40,438 nucleotides of DNA from an uncultured Candidatus Saccharibacteria bacterium (GTDB lineage Bacteria; Patescibacteriota; Minisyncoccia; JACQLN01; CAZPCT01), in the NCBI GenBank assembly GCA_964585325.1, contig CAZPCT010000005.1, positions 1 to 40,438 on the forward strand, written 5' to 3'. A program made the translations under genes and the position numbers. Below are positions 15,143 to 22,745 of the stretch, piece by piece. Position 1 is the stretch's first letter, and the number at the start of each line of letters is the position of its first letter. The notes under the pieces were generated by a model. That model made no database searches, was not told the origin of the DNA, and saw only the letters and a program-made list of their open reading frames with translations.

Positions 15143-15867
15143 AAGCAGTATACCCGGTCATTATTATCATCCTATCATTGCCGGCCTGGCACGTCCGGGC
15201 GCAGGCCGATCCCACTGAAAGCACGCGTGTCCTTGAGGTAAACTATCCCGGAGGAAAACTTAACGAGCTGGGAGAGGCTGGAAAGCTGGGGCCGCTTCAA
15301 TGGGTTGAGACTATCTACGACTTTGCGTTTGTCATAGTAGGGGCGGTGGCGTTCATTTCTTTGGTCTATGCGGGCATCAGGTGGATGACCTCACGGCAGG
15401 ACGAGGGTATTAGGGACGCCAGAGACCGCATGCAGGGAGTTGTTTACGGCCTTCTTTTGCTGGGTGTCTCTGTTCTCCTTCTTAATCTTATTAATCCGGA
15501 TCTCACAAAACTACGAGAACCGCTTGTTAAGCCGCCCAAATCCACACTCCCAGAAAGTCCTGGTGGGGGAAGTACAAACGACCCTCGGCCCGGGCCCGAA
15601 GCAGGTTATGGGACCGCTTGCACCTTGGCAGGGGGCGGCACGGGGCCGGAGTGTTTACAGTACCAAAACCTAGAATGTAAACACACGGGTTATATTGGAG
15701 GAGGACAAAGTGGTCTCAGGTCTGGGACATGCGCTCTTCCTGACCAACTGGAGTTGGGGGAAAGTTGTTTGTTAAATGTGATTGACGTCTGCGCACCTCC
15801 ATTGCGATGTGTACGCGCTGAAAATTCAAACGCGCCCGCGAGTGTCGGCACATGCACTGCACAATGA
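15139..15867 (+). CDS. Operon ORF10: VirB2/TrbC-topology T4SS pilin-like protein with a C-terminal Cys-rich extension
   Basis: Signal peptide ending VRAQA. Two hydrophobic helices (IYDFAFVIVGAVAFISLVYAGI / VVYGLLLLGVSVLLLNLI) are split by the charged loop RWMTSRQDEGIRDARDRMQ. A Pro/Gly linker and an ~85-aa tail with 10 Cys follow. Confidence 0.65.
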   Translation: MKAVYPVIIIILSLPAWHVRAQADPTESTRVLEVNYPGGKLNELGEAGKLGPLQWVETIYDFAFVIVGAVAFISLVYAGIRWMTSRQDEGIRDARDRMQGVVYGLLLLGVSVLLLNLINPDLTKLREPLVKPPKSTLPESPGGGSTNDPRPGPEAGYGTACTLAGGGTGPECLQYQNLECKHTGYIGGGQSGLRSGTCALPDQLELGESCLLNVIDVCAPPLRCVRAENSNAPASVGTCTAQ

Positions 15868-16982
15868 CCATGAAAAAAAATCTCCTACTCATAACTATTG
15901 CCATCTTGGCTCTCGTTTTCGCTGGTCTTTCTGTATACGTTTTTGTGTTGCGGGAAGAGCCGAAGCCACCCCTATTTAGTGACACCCTTCCGTCCCCAGA
16001 AGAGCTTTTGGTCTCTGAGAGTACCGCCGACCCAGACGCCCCCCTGGCGCAACTCTCTGCCCGCCCCATCGCCGGATTTACTGCCACTGATGCGGGAGAG
16101 ATTGTGGTAGTGACTGGTGGAGGTGTGGTGCAGGTTTTGGACGGGACCGGTGTGGTGCTGGAAGAGCGGCCCTTGAGCCTGTCGCCTGTTGTTTCCGCGC
16201 GCGTCTCTCCAGACGGCCAACAGGTGGCGTTTGAGGTCATAAACACCAACACGTTGGAGGGTAGGTGGTACATATGGGACAGGGATGAGCCGACCGCTGC
16301 GCCCCGCGCCTTGCCCGCCACCGCCAGGGACATACGGTTCGCTCCCGCGGGCTCGCTCTTGAGAATTGAAGACGTAGATGACAGAATATCCACCCGCCTT
16401 GTATTGGACGCTGGTGGAAGAGAGACGGTTCTTGCAACCTCTGCTATTCCGGACCTGCAAGCCCGGTGGATAGACGACGAACGCCTTCTTATCACGAACG
16501 CCCCGTCCGGCATAGCCCCTGGGACAGCATATACACTCAACACACGCACACGCGCTTTCAGCCGCCTTATGGAAGGGCGCGCCGGCCTCAGTGCTTATTA
16601 TTTTGACAACACCCTTCTTTTTACAGAGACCCTCAGCACGAGCCGCCTGCGCACCGGGGTGCTTGTGGGAGAAGATGAGCGCTATCTTCCTGTAACAACA
16701 CTGCCCGAGCGGTGCACCCCACTTACAGAAAACGAACTTTTGTGCAGCACTCTTTACTCGCAAACGGGCGCGCGCCTTATGCCAGACGACTACTACAAGG
16801 GAGTGGTGACAAACCAGAGAAGTGACTTGGTGCGCATCTCTTCTACAGCAACAGCCGTTTCACTTGCGCGTGTTCCAATTGACGGCATTCATCCACAATT
16901 CTCCCACGACGGTAGGTATGTGTTTCTTATAAACAAAAACGACGGCGCCCTCTGGAGGGTCCGCCTGGGATCTGGCTTATAG
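15864..16982 (+). CDS. Operon ORF11: membrane-anchored protein with PD40/TolB-like beta-propeller repeats
   Basis: Anchor KKNLLLITIAILALVFAGLSVYVFVL. PD40-like motifs: VSPDGQQVAFEV and PQFSHDGRYVFLINKNDGALW. I chose the ATG at 15864 (ATGA overlap with the pilin stop); the track start is 15852. Confidence 0.6.
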   Translation: MTMKKNLLLITIAILALVFAGLSVYVFVLREEPKPPLFSDTLPSPEELLVSESTADPDAPLAQLSARPIAGFTATDAGEIVVVTGGGVVQVLDGTGVVLEERPLSLSPVVSARVSPDGQQVAFEVINTNTLEGRWYIWDRDEPTAAPRALPATARDIRFAPAGSLLRIEDVDDRISTRLVLDAGGRETVLATSAIPDLQARWIDDERLLITNAPSGIAPGTAYTLNTRTRAFSRLMEGRAGLSAYYFDNTLLFTETLSTSRLRTGVLVGEDERYLPVTTLPERCTPLTENELLCSTLYSQTGARLMPDDYYKGVVTNQRSDLVRISSTATAVSLARVPIDGIHPQFSHDGRYVFLINKNDGALWRVRLGSGL

Positions 16983-17007
16983 GTTACGGCCTTTCACCTA
17001 GAGTGGC

Positions 17008-17035
17008 GCCGCACGTTGTGCGGCTTCTTTGTTTT
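17008..17035 (+). terminator. Rho-independent terminator closing the 12-ORF operon
   Basis: GCCGCAC-GTT-GTGCGGC hairpin (17008-17024) followed by TTCTTTGTTTT, 26 nt after the stop at 16982. Confidence 0.7.
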
Positions 17036-17054
17036 AAACTATAGCGAATCGTAC

Positions 17055-17528
17055 CTAGAGCGGCTTTACCACAACACACCGTTCTCCTTTTTTGCCCACA
17101 CTTTCCGTCTGTACACCCTGCTCTTCAGAAAGTGTGACGTGAATGATGCGACGCTCAGATGCCGGCATCACCATGAGCTCTTTAGGGAGGTGTGATTGGC
17201 GCACCTCATCTGCGGTGGCCTTGGCAAGTGATACTAGGTACTGCTCCCTGTCTTTAAGATAATCATTAACATCAAACACAAACCCGCCAGGCTTAAAGTG
17301 TGTGTCCGTTTGTTTAGATACTATGAGCAACAGAAGGTGCTGCAGCGCACGAACCGTTTCGCCACCTTTTCCAATAAGCATTCCTACCTCTTCTTTAATA
17401 CGCACCCGCACCTGAAGACGTTCTGTGTCGTCAACAAAGACCTCAACCAAAGCGCCGGAGTATCCCATGCGCTCCAACACACTTTTTGTGATATCAACCA
17501 CTTGTTGTTCGTTCACACCCTCGGCCAT
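17055..17528 (-). CDS. jag: Jag/KhpB-type RNA-binding protein (KH + R3H domains)
   Basis: KH-like IGKGGETVRALQHLL and a C-terminal R3H-type ERRIIHVTL. Canonical position downstream of yidC. Confidence 0.85.
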   Translation of the reverse strand: MAEGVNEQQVVDITKSVLERMGYSGALVEVFVDDTERLQVRVRIKEEVGMLIGKGGETVRALQHLLLLIVSKQTDTHFKPGGFVFDVNDYLKDREQYLVSLAKATADEVRQSHLPKELMVMPASERRIIHVTLSEEQGVQTESVGKKGERCVVVKPL

Positions 17529-17566
17529 GACATGTTTGAATTCTTATCCTCACCCTGGTATCTGCA

Positions 17567-18301
17567 TCATTTGGTGAGGGGTTTGGTTCCGGCCCTCATT
17601 GTCACAAACTGCTGAGCTATTGTAAAGAGTGTTGTAATGGCCCAGTAAAGCGGGAGTGCGGCGGGGAGAGAGAGTGAAATAAGGGTGGTGATGACAGGGA
17701 GAAAGTATACTATTTGCCTACTCATCATGTTTGCTGCCGCGGCTGCGGGGTTGTCACTGTCTGATGTGGGCATGGTGGGGGCCATCATGCGGGATTGAAT
17801 AAATTGAAGCCCTCCCGCAATAAGCGCGAGGATGAGACTTCGTTCTGACAAATCCACCAACCCCAGTAGTGTAGTATGCAGCAGACCGGGGTTGCTCACA
17901 AATGGGTAGAGATTCTCTAAAAACTCTGGCTTTACACCACCCAAGAAGACGTGATAAAGCGCGAACAGGATGGGTAGCTGCACAAGCATGGGAAGGCACC
18001 CCCCCATTGGGTTGGCTCCTCGCTCTTTATAGAGGGCCATGAGTTCCCGCGCCTGCGCCTCTTGGTCGTTCTTGTGCTTTTTTTGGATTTCTTTTATCTG
18101 TGGCTGAAGCTCTTTGAGGCTATGTTGAGACTTTAGCGCCTTGTGGGAGAGCGGCCAGAGAATAAGCCGGATGACAACAGTGAGATAAATGACCGCAAGC
18201 CCAAAATCCTCTAGTGCAACGGTGTTATATAAAAAAACAAGCGCGTTAAAAAGAGGTTGGGTAAACACGGTGGTGAAAAGAGCGCTTAGTGTAGAGAACA
18301 T
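17567..18301 (-). CDS. yidC: Membrane protein insertase YidC (short monoderm type)
   Basis: LTVVIRLILWPL, KELQPQIKEIQKKHKND.., LYKERGANPMGGCLPMLVQLPILFALY, and five hydrophobic segments. Confidence 0.92.
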   Translation of the reverse strand: MFSTLSALFTTVFTQPLFNALVFLYNTVALEDFGLAVIYLTVVIRLILWPLSHKALKSQHSLKELQPQIKEIQKKHKNDQEAQARELMALYKERGANPMGGCLPMLVQLPILFALYHVFLGGVKPEFLENLYPFVSNPGLLHTTLLGLVDLSERSLILALIAGGLQFIQSRMMAPTMPTSDSDNPAAAAANMMSRQIVYFLPVITTLISLSLPAALPLYWAITTLFTIAQQFVTMRAGTKPLTK

Positions 18302-18302
18302 A

Positions 18303-18536
18303 TTAGTTGTGACATTGTATTATTCGGGCGTATGTCGCGCGTGTGGCCGCCATTAGTGGACGGGTCTCAAACTGCTCAAGAGCAAACGATGAGCACGTCT
18401 GATTAAACCTACACCCCGTCTGTCCAGGGTGTAGTGTAATGAGGGGAGAAAAGTATACGAAACGGAGAATCCCTGTTTGAGGAGAAAGTGTTTTTTTATA
18501 CACGTGAATGAGAAAGAGAATGACTGGGCGGATCAT
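18303..18536 (-). CDS. yidD: Membrane protein insertion efficiency factor YidD
   Basis: LIHVYKKTLSP...CRFNQTCSSFALEQ...RIIQCH matches the YidD pattern (Y..isp..CRf.PtCS.Ya...Ri.rCh). Overlaps the rnpA stop by 4 nt. Confidence 0.85.
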   Translation of the reverse strand: MIRPVILFLIHVYKKTLSPQTGILRFVYFSPLITLHPGQTGCRFNQTCSSFALEQFETRPLMAATRATYARIIQCHN

Positions 18537-18853
18537 GCTATGCGGAGTGTTTCTAATATATCCTCTTGAAGAGCGCGCCCTGCAACACCTCGTGCGTTTT
18601 TGGTAGCTTGTACGTATATACTCCGGGGTGGGGTCCCCGGTTCGGCGCGCAGTAGCGCCGCCGCGGCCGCTCTACGAACACGGTTCCGTTCTGTGGCCTT
18701 TTTTGAAACCGCGCTTGTTACGTTAATGCCGTAGCGTCGTACTGGAGAGGATGCAAGATAGAGAACAAAAAAGCGCGTGTGTTTTTGTTTCCCTTGGGCC
18801 TTGAGTTGCGCGCGCTCGTCCTGTTTTACGATGCGTTTTTCCGAGGGTATCAT
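18533..18853 (-). CDS. rnpA: Ribonuclease P protein component
   Basis: Basic 106-aa protein with an RNR-type motif (SKKATERNRVRRAA), located between rpmH and yidD. Confidence 0.85.
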   Translation of the reverse strand: MIPSEKRIVKQDERAQLKAQGKQKHTRFFVLYLASSPVRRYGINVTSAVSKKATERNRVRRAAAAALLRAEPGTPPRSIYVQATKNARGVAGRALQEDILETLRIA

Positions 18854-18858
18854 GTGGT

Positions 18859-19005
18859 TTACACACTCAACCTTTTCCTGTTCTTGGCCCTACGGCGCTT
18901 AAGAACACGGCGTCCTGTTTTGGTTTTTGTGCGCACAAGAAAACCGTGCGTTTTTTTACGCTTTTTCTTTTTAGGTTTAAATGTGAGCGCTTGTGAGCGT
19001 GGCAT
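18859..19005 (-). CDS. rpmH: 50S ribosomal protein L34 (not in the supplied ORF track; 48 aa)
   Basis: My manual translation of the minus strand gives [48 protein letters not shown]. This has the L34 signature K.THGF..R..T..GR.VL.RRR.KGRK.L. CAT at 19003-19005, TTA at 18859-18861. Confidence 0.9.
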   Translation of the reverse strand: MPRSQALTFKPKKKKRKKTHGFLVRTKTKTGRRVLKRRRAKNRKRLSV

Positions 19006-19211
19006 GTATTCAGTAGTTTAGCAAAGGGTAATTATTATGACTATAGCACCGCCTCTATGTTCTTCATTCATTGACGGGGAAGTATATTAACACGTCTTCA
19101 ACAATGTTTCCACATCAGATAGTTTCTGCCTCACTCTTTACGCTGGGGTGTGGATATGTGATATACTACCTCCTGCATTATAGTTTCGTGTTTCTCACAA
19201 ATCCTACCGAC
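19006..19211. other. rpmH-dnaA intergenic region: putative oriC/dnaA-promoter segment with DnaA-box-like 9-mers
   Basis: TGTGGATAT at 19149-19157 (rc ATATCCACA, 8/9 to TTATCCACA). GTTTCCACA at 19107-19115 (7/9). AT-rich stretch at 19027-19046. The rpmH extended -10 TGcTATAGT lies on the minus strand at 19040-19048. Confidence 0.45.
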
Positions 19212-20588
19212 ATGCCCACCCCCACAACCACCGAAGAGCTCTGGCAAACAGCCCTTGCCGAAATAGAGGTGTCTATTTCAAAGGCAAACTTTCTCACGTG
19301 GTTTAAAAACACCTCCATTGTAAACAAAAAGGAGGGGGTGGTGGTTCTGGCGGTTCCCAATGCCTTCACTAAAGAGTGGTTGGAGAACAAATATCATCAG
19401 TTGGTCCTCCGCTCACTCAGGAACACCGCAAATGATATTAAGGAGGTTAAGTTTATGATAGACGCCCGCGCGGCAGAAAGGGGCGTGCCCGGGCACAAGG
19501 CGCGCGGTTCCTCAGAGGACGCAATGGACGCACAACTTAATTTTGGAGACACAACCATAGACAAGGAGACGAACCTCAATCAAAAGTATACATTTGAGAC
19601 CTTTATTGTGGGCTCCTCTAATGAACTGGCGCACGCCGCCGCGCGGGCGGTTAGCGAGAATTTGGGGAGTGTGTACAACCCCTTGTTTGTGTACGGTGGT
19701 GTCGGCCTTGGAAAAACACACCTTCTCCAATCTATTGGTAATACTGTGCTGGCGCAGGACTCCCGTAAAAGGGTCCGATACGTCACCTCTGAACAGTTTA
19801 CGGGGGAGATTTTGGGCGCCATTAGAAGTGGCCGGGGTATTGAGGAGGTAAAAGAGGAATACCGGTGGGTTGATTTACTTATTATTGATGATATTCAGTT
19901 TCTGTCTGGAAAGGAGAAGACGCAGGAAGAGTTTTTTCACACATTTAACGCCCTTTATGAAAAGAATAAGCAAATAGTCCTCTCCTCAGACCGTCCACCA
20001 AGTGCTATTCCTACACTAGAAGAACGGCTGAGCTCTCGCTTTGAGGGTGGTATGATCGCCGACATATCCGCTCCTGATTACGAAACCCGTCTTGCAATTC
20101 TAAAATCAAAAGCGGGTGAGAAGAATCTAGACCTGGATGATAATATTTTTGAATATATTGCAGACACTATTACCTCTAATATTAGGGAGTTGGAGGGAGC
20201 GCTTAATAGAGTGATTGCCACCATGCGCCTTACCGGCAAACAACCTTCTTTAGATAAGGTAAAATCCCTCATCACCTCAAACAAACAACACGCGCGGAGT
20301 AAGTTGACCCCTAAAACTATTATTAAAATTGTTTCAGAGTTTTATGATGTAAAAGAGGAGCAGTTAATGAATCAGTCGCGCAAACGGGAGATTGTGAAAC
20401 CTCGGCAGGTGTGTATGTATCTTATTAGGGAGGAGCTTAAAAATTCCTACCCATACATTGGTGATAAGTTTGGGGGCCGCGATCACACCACTGTTATGCA
20501 TGCGGTTAATAAAATAAGTAAGGAGTTGGAGAAGGATAGTGTGTTGGTTGAAGAAATTAATCTTATCAAAGGTCGTCTTTTGAATTAG
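19212..20588 (+). CDS. dnaA: Chromosomal replication initiator protein DnaA
   Basis: ELWQTALAEIE.. N-terminal domain, YTFETFIVGSSNELAHAAA, Walker A GGVGLGKTHLL, LLIIDDIQF, SDRPP, and a C-terminal DNA-binding helix (RQVCMYLIRE...IGDKFGGRDHTTVMHA). I chose the ATG at 19212; the track ORF begins at a TTG at 19071. Confidence 0.93.
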   Translation: MPTPTTTEELWQTALAEIEVSISKANFLTWFKNTSIVNKKEGVVVLAVPNAFTKEWLENKYHQLVLRSLRNTANDIKEVKFMIDARAAERGVPGHKARGSSEDAMDAQLNFGDTTIDKETNLNQKYTFETFIVGSSNELAHAAARAVSENLGSVYNPLFVYGGVGLGKTHLLQSIGNTVLAQDSRKRVRYVTSEQFTGEILGAIRSGRGIEEVKEEYRWVDLLIIDDIQFLSGKEKTQEEFFHTFNALYEKNKQIVLSSDRPPSAIPTLEERLSSRFEGGMIADISAPDYETRLAILKSKAGEKNLDLDDNIFEYIADTITSNIRELEGALNRVIATMRLTGKQPSLDKVKSLITSNKQHARSKLTPKTIIKIVSEFYDVKEEQLMNQSRKREIVKPRQVCMYLIREELKNSYPYIGDKFGGRDHTTVMHAVNKISKELEKDSVLVEEINLIKGRLLN

Positions 20589-20825
20589 TGTGCATATCTT
20601 TGGGAAAGTGTGGTGGTAGGAGTGGTATAACTCCCGCACAACACTCGGAGTTAAAAAGATCACTTTCTTCTTCCCGTTTATTTCCGTGTGTTATACACAC
20701 GCTTTCCTGTTTAAGAAAGAGAAAATTATTTGTTTGGTTGTGTGACAGACTCAATAATCGTTTCTTTTCTACAGTTTTCCCATTACCCACACCGCTAATA
20801 GTAATAAGTTTTAAATAAAGACTTT
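20589..20825. other. dnaA-dnaN intergenic region: putative oriC segment (DnaA boxes plus an AT-rich stretch)
   Basis: TTATACACA at 20691-20699 and TTACCCACA at 20783-20791 (each 8/9 to TTATCCACA). AT-rich run CTAATAGTAATAAGTTTTAAATAAAG at 20795-20820. The 237-nt gap has no ORF I consider real (the 76-aa track ORF at 20588-20818 has no motif). Confidence 0.5.
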
Positions 20826-21929
20826 ATGAATATAACCTGCTCACACTCACGTCTTCGTTCCGCCCTTGAGGTTTGTGAGCGGGTCATTACGCGGCACCTG
20901 ACGCTTCCCATACTCAACAATGTTCTTCTTCGTGCTGAAAACAACCAGCTCACTATTTCTGCTACAAATCTTGAGGTGGGGATGGTGGCAACAATCCCTT
21001 GTAAAACCACAACCAAGGGGGAGCTTACAGTTCCTGCCAAGGTGTTCTATGGAATAATCGCCAACCTTACGGGTGACACCGTCACACTTTTTTCAGAAAA
21101 GAAGCACGTCCTCGCCATTGAAGCAGGGGGGTATTCTGGGACGGTTAAGGGAGAGGGGGGTGATGAGTTTCCTATTATCCCAACACTTACCAAAACACCC
21201 CTTTTCACAATACAGGGAGAGGTTTTTTCAGGGGCACTAGCAAACGTGGTCCCATTTACTGCGGTCTCAGATACCCGGCCCGAGCTCACAGGAGTGTTGT
21301 TTTATAAAGAAAAAAAAGAAGAGATTGATTTTGTGGCGGCCGACGGTTTTCGGCTTGCCCAACGGAAGGTAAAAGATTTTAAAACACTTACTACACCTCC
21401 TTTTTCCCTTATTGTGCCCCAAAGAACGGTGGCAGAAATTATCCGCATCACAAAAGAAGAAGACGAAGTGGAGGTGCGCTGCGACGAAAAACAGCTGGAA
21501 GTCAAAACAGGCACCTATCGGCTTATTTCACGAACTATTGAGGGAACATATCCAAACCACACCACACTCATTCCCACCACCTTCAACACCTCAGCAATTA
21601 TTGATACTGAAAACGCAGTAAAAAACATCCGCCTTGTTAGTCTCCTCTCTAGTCGCATCAACGACATCCGCCTCCATATTGAACCTGGAGAGGGTGTTAC
21701 GTTCAAAACACAAGATCCTGATATGGGAGAGAGTGTTTCGGTGGTGACAGCGGATATAGAGGGAGAGGTGTTGGAAATAAGTTTTAATTGGCGGTACTTA
21801 CTTGAAGGGTTGCAGAATATAGGAGACAAAAAAGCGCTTATGCGGTTTATTGATGGTGAAAAGGCGGCTCTTATCCAACCCACAAAAAACAAAGATTATC
21901 TATATGTGGTTATGCCGCTCAGAACGTAA
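20826..21929 (+). CDS. dnaN: DNA polymerase III beta sliding clamp
   Basis: 367 aa, directly after dnaA. Typical start (L..AL..v.rvi....tlPIL.nvLl.a....l.isATdLE) and end (..yLyVvMPlR). Confidence 0.9.
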   Translation: MNITCSHSRLRSALEVCERVITRHLTLPILNNVLLRAENNQLTISATNLEVGMVATIPCKTTTKGELTVPAKVFYGIIANLTGDTVTLFSEKKHVLAIEAGGYSGTVKGEGGDEFPIIPTLTKTPLFTIQGEVFSGALANVVPFTAVSDTRPELTGVLFYKEKKEEIDFVAADGFRLAQRKVKDFKTLTTPPFSLIVPQRTVAEIIRITKEEDEVEVRCDEKQLEVKTGTYRLISRTIEGTYPNHTTLIPTTFNTSAIIDTENAVKNIRLVSLLSSRINDIRLHIEPGEGVTFKTQDPDMGESVSVVTADIEGEVLEISFNWRYLLEGLQNIGDKKALMRFIDGEKAALIQPTKNKDYLYVVMPLRT

Positions 21930-22231
21930 TGCTTTCTTCTTTTGACCAACTTCTTAAAAGGTACGCACAAAAACTAACAAGCGGGTCACACAGCGCATAT
22001 TTAGCCATACAAGACGAATGGGAGCCGGTTTTGAAAGAGGTTGGGGTTGGAGTCATTCTTACGCCAGTGGCGTACAAAGAAAAAACTCTCCACGTCCACT
22101 GTTCGTCCTCTGAGGAAGCTGCTTTAGGGCGGCTCTATAAAAGAGCGCTCATGCAGTGTCTCAATGCCCGACTTCAACGAAGTCATGTAACAGATATTGT
22201 TTTTACCCCATCACATGAGCGGACACAATAA
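21929..22231 (+). CDS. DUF721/DciA-like small protein
   Basis: 100 aa immediately after dnaN, the usual DUF721 position. Pattern W..v......a..t.pv.~~~~~L.V.~~ss~~a~.L. Assigned mostly by context. Confidence 0.5.
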   Translation: MLSSFDQLLKRYAQKLTSGSHSAYLAIQDEWEPVLKEVGVGVILTPVAYKEKTLHVHCSSSEEAALGRLYKRALMQCLNARLQRSHVTDIVFTPSHERTQ

Positions 22232-22745
22232 ATGGTCCCAAATTAAGAGAAAAAAAGGAGTTGCCGACCAACAGCGCGGCAAGGAGTTTTCGCACTTAGT
22301 TAGAGAGATCAAACACGCGGTGCGTGAGGGTGGAGAGGATCCTGCGACCAACACGGCTCTTAAAAATGCCCTTGAGCGGGCGCGGAGCGCAAACATGCCC
22401 AAGGTAAATATTGAACGCGCGCTCGCCCGCGGCGCAGGCAAGGGTGATGTGGGAGAACTTACCCCCGCAGTGTATGAGGGGTATGGGCCGGGTGGTGCAG
22501 CGCTTCTTATTGAAACACTTACTGACAACCGCAACAGAACAGTGGCGGAAATTAAACACCTTCTTCAAAAAAACAACAGCTCTCTTGCGGATGCAGGGAG
22601 TGTGGTTTGGATGTTTAAAGAGGGCTCTATCATTGCTCCCCTAGAACTCCCCAGCAACGAACTGGAGGCCCTTCAGGGCATCATTAGGGCGCTTGAGGAG
22701 CATGAGGATGTTGAGCGGGTAACAACAAACGTCATTAATTTATGA
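22215..22745 (+). CDS. yebC: YebC/PmpR-family protein (short form, 176 aa)
   Basis: MSGHNKWSQIKRKKG..D..RGK.F..L.REI..AVR.GG.DP..N..L..A.E.A....MPK..IERA, then YEGYGPGGAALLIE.LTDNRNRTVAE. I chose the ATG at 22215. The C-terminal domain is shorter than in the ~240-aa forms. Confidence 0.88.
   Translation: MSGHNKWSQIKRKKGVADQQRGKEFSHLVREIKHAVREGGEDPATNTALKNALERARSANMPKVNIERALARGAGKGDVGELTPAVYEGYGPGGAALLIETLTDNRNRTVAEIKHLLQKNNSSLADAGSVVWMFKEGSIIAPLELPSNELEALQGIIRALEEHEDVERVTTNVINL

Noticed and set aside
15716-16763. Two long minus-strand ORFs (277 aa at 15716-16549 and 263 aa at 15972-16763)
   Set aside because: Both lie entirely antisense to the plus-strand ORF that has a TM anchor and PD40 motifs and is translationally coupled to the pilin. 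Their translations are Arg/Ser/Gly/Ala/Pro-rich with no motifs, which is typical of shadow ORFs in a GC-richer gene.
5132-16982. Interpretation of the T4SS-like operon as part of an integrative conjugative element or plasmid
   Set aside because: The window holds no relaxase, coupling protein, integrase, recombinase, transposase, replication or partition genes, tRNA target or flanking direct repeats. Both flanks are core housekeeping genes next to the origin. Sequence beyond the window cannot be excluded.
19071-19211. Long N-terminal extensions in the ORF track: dnaA from TTG 19071, ruvB to 28350, tyrS to 24894, tsaE from 30306, polA from 30709, uvrD from 1398, yebC from 22197
   Set aside because: The extensions add hydrophobic or junk residues ahead of well-known conserved N-termini. 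They overlap neighbouring genes or promoter-like elements. Internal ATGs give family-typical lengths.
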